The notes beneath the pieces were generated by a model, which saw only the letters and a list, made by a program, of their open reading frames with translations, was not told where the DNA came from and made no database searches. The translations under genes and the position numbers were made by a program. This document shows, one piece after another, positions 52,838 through 64,000 of a DNA stretch of 64,000 bases (positions within the stretch are counted from its first letter, which is position 1; each line of letters opens with the position of its first letter). The stretch comes from Eledone cirrhosa (lineage: Eukaryota): the NCBI GenBank assembly GCA_964016885.1, contig OZ024743.1:146940001-147004000 (forward strand). The letters run 5' to 3'.

Positions 52838-53160
52838 TGTGACACTCACATCCCCAATAGATTAACGCTCTCTAGACAGGAAGTAGAACCCTTTCTGTAA
52901 CTTCCGGTCAGAACCCTATAAAACTAACAACTTTAAGTTCTCTACCTCTCATTCGCCTTTTCGGTCAGGCGCCTCCTGGCCTTCGCCAGGAGTCTTCACT
53001 CAGGCGTGAGTAACCCTGGCAATCAAACGGTAACTAATAACTTTGCTTCATTCTTTCATCTATTCATTGACATGTCAACTATGCTGTTCTATATATCCAC
53101 AAATTGTTAATTAAATATTATACACACAAACCACGTCTCCTTGTTATACTCATACACACT
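52838..53160 (+). repeat. Probable solo LTR related to 6617/7854
   Basis: Shares cgctctctagaca-ggaagtaga and tgtaacttccgg with the reverse complement of those LTRs; TATAAAA present. Confidence 0.5.
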
Positions 53161-53299
53161 AGTATTATGCTATAACTACTAAGATTTTATGACTCATGTT
53201 TTAGGGCTTAAACAGTATGGGGTGCTCCTGGGTAAAGTGGGGCTGGAGTTCGGTTGGTTTGGATATTCAGTGAGAGTAAAGATAGTTATTATGTGCAGG

Positions 53300-53630
53300 G
53301 GGGAGGACACATGAATTGGTTATGTTCCATTTTACGCTGATTACAGGTCGTCTCTATCAGAGCATGTAACCAAAACTTGCGGTCCTTACTCATGTCTGTC
53401 GTGAGATTTAGCTTTTTAAGGCTGGTCTTCATTGCCTCATTCCATATCTTCCTGGATCTATCTCGTGCAATCCTATCCAGTAAGACTTCTCTGCAGTTAT
53501 ATATACTGTTGTCATCTTCCATACGCAATACATGCACATTACATCGAATGTTGCTTATGCCCAGCTTTTCTCTCAGTTCACTTATGTTCACTACCATTAC
53601 ATATCCACTGGAAGACACTCGCTTAATTTC
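53300..53630 (-). mobile_element. Old RTE LINE 3' fragment
   Basis: ELREKLGI...HVLRMEDD...RDRSRKIW; paralogous to 3406-3792. Confidence 0.75.
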
Positions 53631-53679
53631 TTTAAAGCTTTCGCAGATTTTCTAAAATCAAGGTCCACGTATCATTGGT

Positions 53680-53832
53680 GTCTACATGCAGAAATGACAC
53701 AGTCTATCTCTTTCTCCCATGAAAAGCTCAGCTGCTTTCTCTCATCCGTCCACTCTTTTCATCCCACCCTTACATTCACCACCTCCATCTCCGATTCTTC
53801 CGTGCAATTTCTCAACATCTCTCTCTCTCTCT

Positions 53833-53864
<32 letters not shown>

Positions 53865-53900
53865 CGCTCTCTCTCTCTCTATCTCTCTCTCTCTCTTTCT

Positions 53901-53963
<63 letters not shown>

Positions 53964-54183
53964 TGGATGAATACTTCAACAGGCACTAAGTACTTGTAGA
54001 AATATGCAAGGTGTTTATAATATTTGTGGTTCGATGGTACTACTTTGAGATACCAGCACAGTGGCAGTATCAACACGTTTATAATAAACAGCTGTTATCT
54101 GCGACCTGATTTTGCGTGTGTGTCATTTTAACGGCTTGACCGCATGCGTTGGGCAGGAAGCGAAATATTTACTTCTTTTTATA

Positions 54184-54253
<70 letters not shown>

Positions 54254-55490
54254 ACACACTCACCACCCTCTCTACTTCCATCTTCTACAACCCCACTGAC
54301 TCCCACTCCTACATAGACTTCAGCTCCTCGCCCACCCTACTTATACCAAATTTTTACCCTACTCCCATATCCTCCGTCTTTGTCGGCTCCTCAGCCAGGA
54401 ACATGATTTCAAGATCCAGTCTCAACGTATGGCTTCTCACATCATCCAGCGTGGATATCCTTCCACCGTGATTTAAGCTGCGCTGACTCTCGCCCGTGAT
54501 ACTGACCTACCATCGCCCACTAACCACCCTCAACACCCACCTTCCTCTCCCCCTCACTTATCACCCGTCTATCATACCACTACTTCACCGTGTCCTTCAT
54601 TGCTTCCGAACACTAGTTTCTGACTCCGTCACTTCTCGCTTCTTTTCCAAACCACCCATCACTGCTTTTAAGCATGCTCGTAATCTCCGTAACCTTTTAT
54701 GCACAGTTCCTACTCTCCCTCTCCAAGGACCCTTCCTGGCTCCCGTCCTTGTTCTCGCCGCCGCTGTAGCACCTGCCCCTACATAACAAGCCTCACCACT
54801 CTCACTGGTACGAACCATTCTTTTCGCATTCTCCACTTCTTCACTTGCACCTCCACCAATGTCGTCTATGCCTTCTGGTGTTCCCTTTGTGTGTCCATTT
54901 ACATCGGACAGACATACCAGGTAATGAAATATACAGGCCACAACCATATTCGCTATCACCTCTTTTCTACACAGCCCCTCTCAGCTGCTTCAATGTGTGG
55001 TGTGTGTATGTACGTATATATAGAAATTCATATACATTCTTGTAGATCCCATTATGTGGGTCAGTTCATGTGTGCACGCTCTCACAGCAGCCATCCCGTT
55101 ACTGTCCAACGCCACTCTTTCCAACATACGAACACATCTTTAAGCGCACACGCACGCACACACACTTACTAACACACTCACGCATGCACACATGTCCACT
55201 CCACACATACATTGATTACCTCCCTTCCTAAACCTCTCTAACGCGTAAGATATCGCTTGACCAACAACTCCCCAAGATGGCAGACTGAATTCGCCTCTTT
55301 TATTTTTCATTTTCCCCCGTTCCTTCTTCTTATCACTTTACTTTCTATTTATCTTTTATTTCTAACTCTATTTTCTAGTGAAAAACTTATGTCCGAAACG
55401 TTAACACTCTCTCTCTCTCTGCTATTTCAAGCGTTAAACTAATATGTCTCTTCCATGTACTATGCCGTTTGTTTTGTTATTTCTGATTAC
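53680..55490 (+). mobile_element. Decayed Penelope-like element (RT thumb, Cys linker, GIY-YIG start)
   Basis: HPTLTFT...VQFLNI, FYNPTDSHSY, QRGYP, LTYHP, PCSRRRCSTCP...CTSTNVVYAFWCSLCVSIYIGQT; interrupted by microsatellites at 53818-54250. Confidence 0.85.
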
Positions 55491-55549
55491 CTCTTTCACA
55501 CACACACGCACACTCGCAAACACACACACACACATGAATAAATAATATT

Positions 55550-56135
55550 GGATATGAATCGAAGTTGTGGCCGCCACATAGCAGGCACTCATCGAGTTGT
55601 TTGAGGCAATCACAAAGTACTCAATGGAGCGAGAAGTTAAACATTAAGACTGGTTTGTGTAATTGAATATTATTTTATTATGCGCATTTCAGTAACGCCA
55701 GAGTGCTGCAGTTATGCAATTACAACAGTTATGATATTATCAGATCATTACAATGAATTATATATGAAAGTCCATAACAGAAAATAATGCTATTGATACG
55801 CGTCTACTGACTCACAACCATTTGTGTCTCAGTGCTAGACGCTTTATTTTCTGTTATGGAGTTTCATTTATAATTCATTGTAACGATCTGATGATATAAT
55901 ACCTGTTGTAGTTGCATAACTGCAACACTCTGTTGTTACTGAAATGCACATAATAAAATAATTGTTTAATTACACAAACTTGTCTTAACGTTTATTCGTA
56001 TGGCGATATTCCGTCGTCTCAGACGGGATTCTATATTAATGGTGGATACATAGCACCTGCTTACAATATAGTTTGTTAATTGAGATGTGGCATATGTAGC
56101 TTTCAGGAATATACGCTTGAATAAATAACGACTAC
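55550..56135. mobile_element. Older fold-back element with a hammerhead-like core
   Basis: Inverted arms 55640-55815 / 55822-55992; CTGATGA (55888) long stem GAAA TGCACA TA; 55555-55650 is also present at 36173-36267. Confidence 0.62.
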
Positions 56136-56174
<39 letters not shown>

Positions 56175-56343
56175 ATAAATGAAGTAACGGAGTCAGAAAC
56201 TCACGTTAGTCCCTGTAATTTATGAGCTCAAAGAAAAAAGAATCCTGGGCTCTTCAAATATAATATAGAGAAGAAAACACAGACACACTAGATAGAGTAT
56301 GTGTTTACCAACATACACACTCTCTCTAATGTGTATTCATTCT

Positions 56344-56376
<33 letters not shown>

Positions 56377-56399
56377 ATATATATATATATATACATATA

Positions 56400-57249
<850 letters not shown>

Positions 57250-57611
57250 GTATAGTGGTAGCTATGGTGCTTCCGTAGCTGTTATGCCAAAATTAGCACT
57301 CGATATTCATCAGAGTAGAGTGTTGATGAACCGTGTGGCAACAGATACTGACCAGAACTTGTGATGACGTGGAGTAAAAACAGCCAATAGCATGACAAGA
57401 GTGGAAAGAAGGTTTTTTGAGGGTGTTGTTTTGATGACAACACCCCAGTGATAAAATTTGCTCCGGACATAACAGCGGTGTCTGAAAGAACCCGCAGAAG
57501 TAGAATCAGCCAGATCCATACAAGGACCATGACTCGAACTACATGCCGGCGAAACATTTGTAACACGAAATAAACTAAGTCCAGATGCATCACTGATTTT
57601 TCGTTTTCTTG

Positions 57612-57660
<49 letters not shown>

Positions 57661-58229
57661 CTTTATCCTCTCTAGCAGTCACTCTCTCTGTTAGCCTCTT
57701 CCCCACCCTTCACTCACTCATTCTCCGTTACTACCTCTCCTCCTCCTCCTTCTTCCCGTTTGACCTGTGCGTAATTCTTTTCTTTCGCACGCTTGGCCAG
57801 GCCGGTCGGCATTTTTTCTCTCTCTCGTCTACAATTTCACAGAACTTGTGTTTACCGAATTCACAGACTAGACCCCTTCTTCCTCCCATTAGACCTGTGC
57901 GAAATTCCTTCCTTGCTCACATTTCAACCAGGTTTGATGGTCTTTGTTCTCTCTCGTTCACGATTTCACCGAATTTAAATTCATAGAAATTTGGGACTTG
58001 ACTCCTTCTTCCTCACTTTTCGTTGCTTCACCATTTTTGTTTGTTTACACTCGTGTCCCCTTTATTTACGTGTCCCAGCGACTTTTTTTTAGCCGTTGCT
58101 CGCACCAACCGGAGGTATATGGTCTTTAAAGCGATGAAATACCAATGATGGTTGGAAGATCACTGATGAAGGACTAACTTTATTCATATGTAACCCATTA
58201 GCAACCCCGCAGCACGTTTATTTCATATT

Positions 58230-58305
<76 letters not shown>

Positions 58306-61300
58306 CGTTATGTGTGTGTGTGTACTTGAAGTTGACACATGTCAGTGGTAAATGTAATAATCGCTGAGAAAACGTATAAACCGACGCTTTAGAATAAAAA
58401 TAAGCGTATGTTATTTGTTTTGAATGAGTTGTGCAGAGGCTTCGTTGTCATTCTTACCATCGAAAATTTAGGGAATTAGCCAGTTGGAAACATTTAACTA
58501 ATAATACTATTGTTCACAAAATGTAATAAAATGAATCAATAAATCTTGTCAATTATATTGTCTTTTCTCTATGCACAACATACCTTCAGACTATATTCCA
58601 GAAAATAAGTAATGACCTCATCATTGCATTAGTGTAATATGTATAATCGTTTATATTCGACTGGAAATTCAACGATATAAAATATCAGCTCCCAGAATAC
58701 ATTTTAATATTCATATTTACAGATCATGCTGGCTGGTACTAAAATAGAAAGAAGTCCATAAAGAAAGAAATTAAAGTGTAATTTGTTTTCTATTGTTAGA
58801 CTCCTCTGGCATGTTAGATGACATTTTGGCAATTTATCATAATTGTACTAAACAATACATCAAGGAATGTAAATAACTAGATAGTCGGAGGACCTAAAAA
58901 TTACTTGTAATATACTAACGCTGTGCAGCCATTTTCATGAATGGCAGATTCCATAGCCATTCTCATCTCCTACAATTGTGGGCTTAAAGTATCTTGATTT
59001 TAATGTCATAGTGGGAAATCAGACACCAATAGTAGTAAAGCTGAAGTCTTATGCGGTATTGTTTATATATAAAACCTCTGTAAATTTGAGTATAACATCA
59101 GATAATATTGTGGGTTAGGCAAAAATGTTTAAATTTAAACAAATGTAGGTGCCTACAATGTATTGTGTTTTGTTGTGTGCACTGTGAAGTGGGAAGTAAA
59201 TGAGTAGTTGGGCAGCCTATGCCCTGGAACTATCTTCAGGAATGCTCTTTGTTTGGTTGGTAAGAATTGGGTAAGAAGGTACTGCAACGCCAGTAGGAAT
59301 TCTCTTGACAGTGAAGCCGAAAGGTTGGTTGCAAATTCAGATTAAAAGGCTTGGAGGTCATGCAATGTCAAACGACATCCTTTGCTTTCTAATTGTTTGT
59401 TTTGCAGGTGTTGTGGTAATAGGTATATATCTTTTAATTAAAGATGATAGGCAAAGTCTATGATGTGTTGTAGGCATTATTTTATTGGTTATTCAACTGC
59501 AATGGCGCTTGTGGGATTTGATTGTTTGGAAGATTTGAAGTGACATATCTGGAAGGATTGTATAGGCCTCTTTGCCAGCTAACGGACTAACGCCTTCAAG
59601 TAAAAAGCATTGAAGTTTGTAGACTAAAACATAAATGAGCACAGCATCGTAATTAAGATAAAGGTATTGTAAGTATGAGATATTAAGAAATACTGATCAT
59701 AGTCTACATCCTTTTATTTCTAATCAAATGTGAACAATATTTTTACATCTAGTCTTTTTCTATCAATTAATGCTTTTGCATATTTTCTATCTTTACATCT
59801 CTGTTTATTCAGTCAGGCAACAACGTTTTTCTGTCATTATTTATGTTGTAAATTTGCATAGAATAATTGGCCACTGTTTATCTCAACAAGTTCACCATTT
59901 TTTAAACTTCAGTCAATTTTTATTTTTCAGTGTTGTCTTGCGTGAAAAACTTCGCTTACAAAATAAATTAGAAAAATATACTTTCATTGTATCTTTAATC
60001 TCAATAGTGTAAAAACGTAATCCAACAAAATATATGAGACAAAAAATATTTAAAAAACAGTAAAATAATGCTCCATTCCCCGTGGTGAAAACATTTGTAT
60101 TGACATATTAAATGTTTTCTATTTATTTCTGTCAATAACTTCTCAGTTTCAATACCCCCAACTGATGACTTGAATATCACTTTGATTTAAACAAGTGATA
60201 CACATTTTCGACATTATTCTCAAATGGTACTTACATGAAGTCAACTTGTTTGGAAAGTATCCATTTCAATAACCTACTATATTCATTATTTCTCTAAGGA
60301 ATTTTGCCTATATTATTTCATAGTTATCTTCATTTAAAGGATAAAGTTGTTTACTTCATAACATAATGCAATTTCTCTACCTTCTAAAGTACATGTAACT
60401 TTTAATCAGAGTACTTATAACAGTTTATAACATTGAGATAAAACTCTGGGAAACATGGCTGTCTTTGAGTGTTATCTAATGACATTTCTAAACTATATAG
60501 TCAAAATTCCCTAACGGATCCTACTTAAACAAACATCACTTTTGTTGGAGCTTACTTTATTAAATTTCCAATAAGTACAATTCACTTTTTCTATAATTTT
60601 CCTATGTTAGCATTACACTACATTGTATGTATGAGAGAGTTTTTAAAAATTAATTGTTTGCAGTAGGAGGTATAATATCACTGACCTTTGTATGCCCTCA
60701 CAGATTAATACAGTTCATATTCAGTTTCGACGTCTGTAACCTATAGCAAAACTGTGGTTAGGGAAGGTATTATATAGGAATATATTCTGGAGAGGAATAT
60801 ATGAGAAAATATTTAGTGAAAATAATGCTGTGTGGGGCAAAAAGGCAGCTATGTTGTGTGAGCCAGTGCAGAGGTGCACAACCTACAAGTTCAGCGGAGC
60901 AGAGCCTGTTTATAAAGAGGTAGAAATAAGAACCATCGTTTTTATGAGCCAATGTTTATAGCATATTGGCTGGCCAGTAAAACTTTACCAAAAAGCTGGA
61001 TGGTCTTCTTTAGAAGGTGTATACAAACGTAACGTTCCAAATAAGTAAAGAATACTCCAAAATACGTAAATCCTAAGCTATATAAAGGGTCAGCAATTGA
61101 TGAGGGATGAAGTGTATTCCGTCCTTGAAAAGAAAGAACATTTATATTTTTCTTGCTCATGTGTTATGTATATATTTAGCATTTTGTTGCAGAAAACTTG
61201 CAGGATATTTTTTATCAAAGATATTTTTATCAAAGAAAATTTGCAAGCTTGGCATGAAGTGCTTATGATATGATATGAAGTGCTTATTATGCACAGATCT

Positions 61301-61956
61301 CGATTGAGGAATGAAGGGAAATATCATTTGCAATGGAGTGCATGGGGTTAGAAACAACAGCAAGTCGGTCTTTAATATAGAGAAAGAAGTACATAAAAGT
61401 TAAAATGATCTTGATCGAAGGGACCCCCATCAACATATACAAACTGAGATAGATGAATCGAAAAGTAAATGCATTCAAGGACCAGGTAGAGTGGATATTA
61501 AACCAGTATAACCAGATTAAGTCTACCACCCTTTGACTTAGAAAAGTCTCTCCTGCTTTCAGTAGTAGATACGTATAGGAAGAAGTATTTCTTTGACTAG
61601 AAATAGAAACAATGTGTGGTCATGACAGACTGGTAACGTAAAACCGTGCTCTATGCGACTTGTCAAAAAGTAATCAGTAATATTTAGATTAAGCTATAAA
61701 AAGGAATATACAGTCGAAGTTAGTTTTCATTCCTCGGTGGAATTGATAATGAGCTATATGTACATGATGTATTAAAAGCGACAGGATATGTCATTTCTAT
61801 AAGAAAGATTTTAGAAAACAATCGTGATACCTCTTAGTGTAACATATAAAATAAAAAGTTTCTACTGATATAGGGGTGCTGTCAAATCAGACAAAGCCTA
61901 GGCTAATTTTGGGAGAAACTAACTAAATAACAAACTATGTATGTGTGTATATATAT

Positions 61957-62022
61957 ATTACATGGTCCAATTTCTTAATTTAATATTTCATTTTTCATTT
62001 AAAATTATAAGCATTAAGATTG

Positions 62023-62063
<41 letters not shown>

Positions 62064-62135
62064 GTAATATCAACCTCAATGCTTATAATTTTAAATGAAA
62101 AATGAAATATTAAATTAAGAGATTGGACCATGTAA
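61957..62135. repeat. ~73 bp inverted repeat around a (CA)n(TA)n spacer
   Basis: attacatggtccaat...ttgatattaca / tgtaatatcaa...attggaccatgtaat. Confidence 0.85.
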
Positions 62136-62692
62136 TTGCAGACAGACCTCTGATCAAAATCTTTGAAGCTGTGACCATCCTCATTTTCATTTAGATATTA
62201 TCAAGTAAGTCTTTTGTTTCTTTACGATGGACGTTGTGTGGTTTGCTGTTTTTAATAGGTCAAAAGATTACATCGAATCTCCACCTTGTCTTTGGCTCAA
62301 GGAGCTCTCTGTTTAATCTTTATTTTAGGGACTTTACTTTGCTAGGTGTGGAGGAAGGAGCTGTACTCATTGTACTCTCAGGCTTTCTGGGATTAGTGAG
62401 TTTAATGCCATTCACATTTCAGTAAGCGTAGTGGGGAGTAACGAACCTGAGGTTAGGACGTAACATGGGTGATGACAAGAAACGAATGAGTGGGAGGTGG
62501 CGGCATAAGATCAGTCGAGTCAAAAGATAGTGACAATTCTATAATTTGTAATGTGATACAGTCAAAGTGCTATTTTATATGCTAATTTTCCAGAAAGTTT
62601 GCTACTGTGGTTTCATGTGGTACGGGATGTTAAGAGTTAGTACCTATATAAGACGTTAGAGTGCTGAGACTCTGATATTAGTGTAACCAAGG

Positions 62693-63115
62693 AATGATGG
62701 TTAGAAGGGAGGTAGCCCTAGGGCCAAGGACATCAGAAGTCTCCACTGCTAGGGGCTCGACAGCAAACCTGTCGGAGAGCGACCGATACTTGGATAGTTT
62801 ACCCTCCTCAGCCCGAAGTACAGCAGAACCTGGGTTAGTCGCAGACTGCACAAGGTTGCTGTTGGAGATTGTGTCGCTGCATGTGACATCCTAGACGAGG
62901 GGTTTGCCACCGCGGAACGGGAAGATGGTCATGCCGTCTGGCTTTTTGTCGTCCCCACGGTCGAGCTGGAAGGGGAAGGCCGCAGCATCCAAGCCATGCT
63001 TTATGACCTCGTTGAGAGCAGCATGGCGTGGAAGGCGGCCGGCACTGTAGCGACAGGAAAGTGGACGGAGGCCGAAATAATCTACGGTGGATCCACAGCG
63101 ACAATAGCTGTAACG
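62693..63115 (-). pseudogene. Restriction-like endonuclease domain of a CRE-type non-LTR retrotransposon
   Basis: CRCG...LSC...GRLPRHAALN...KPDG...LV*DVTC...AEEGKLSKY...PLAVETSDVLG. Confidence 0.82.
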
Positions 63116-64000
63116 AAAGCATTTTACTGCATTTGAAACAAAACACTTTGGCGAGGAATTATTACTTTTTAACCGTTGGCCATCTGTCATTCGACAGGAG
63201 ATCCAATTGTAGAAATTGCTTTGAGTAAAACAAGATACTGCATTTTATAACAGTGTGCGTATTGAAAATAAAGAACATTTCTCATTAATTCAGATGATAT
63301 ATATATATTTTTTATATATCAAGTGTAGATTTTGTTCTTGATGAAAGGGAACACCCTTTATTTATTCAAACTTGATTGTTATATATTTTTCAAATATATG
63401 ATGTTATATTTGTTGATGTTGCTTATCACGATGACACTCCTGATGAAAGAGACCTGCCATCAACCCGTAGAGGTTCCCACAGTTCCTTGTTACTGAATAC
63501 AATGTATTTTATTATTGCCTCAAATATATGATTTTGGGTGGATGGAAGCTGTGTAGATAGACCATACCTCACCTTGCGTAGTTGATTGAGTTAATGTTTA
63601 ATTTTCCACCTGGCTTAACACAATCACCTGGTCCTAGATTGCTTTTAGTGGAGTCCACTCTGTTGTAAATATGTGGACTATGATTCCCACCTGAGAATAG
63701 CAAGGTTTTCTTCCATTTCCCCCACCAATTAAAGGAGCCCTGCAAAAGGGTATATGCGCTAACCACCCTCCCCGAAGTATTAGCAATGTATTGTTTTAAT
63801 ACAAAATAAATTTGTGCTATTTTTTTTAAAATCTTCGTTGAAATGTAGTGTAATAAGTCTCGTTAATATTGCTGACTTGATATATAATAACAGCATTCAC
63901 ATCCATCATCATCCTGTTTTCCCAGATATATTGTATCATGGACTACATTATCGAACGAGTCCTTTTTTTTAAGACAGTAGGTTATAGTTGGAACGATCTG

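Overview
AT-rich, repeat-saturated eukaryotic DNA with no host gene I can support. The SINE families and the dense (TA)n/(CA)n/(TATG)n tracts suggest an octopus-like cephalopod; this is inference. Nearly all of the long ORF-track entries are microsatellite artefacts or transposon remnants. The window holds a near full-length Tx1/L1-clade LINE (27456-33178), two large Penelope-like elements (PLEs) and several PLE fragments, Gypsy pol/LTR relics, RTE, CR1-like and CRE fragments, a deleted mariner, and two tRNA-type SINE families. The main signal is a set of short non-coding fold-back elements inserted in (TA)n. They share the PLE end architecture of one arm plus an inverted arm, with only one arm carrying a terminal tail. 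Several carry minimal type-I hammerhead ribozymes with compensatory stem changes, about 14 recognisable cores in total. Two families are head-to-tail permuted ~435 and ~552 nt units, as expected for PLE-mobilised retrozyme-like RNAs. All coordinates and alignments were read by eye and may be off by a few bases.
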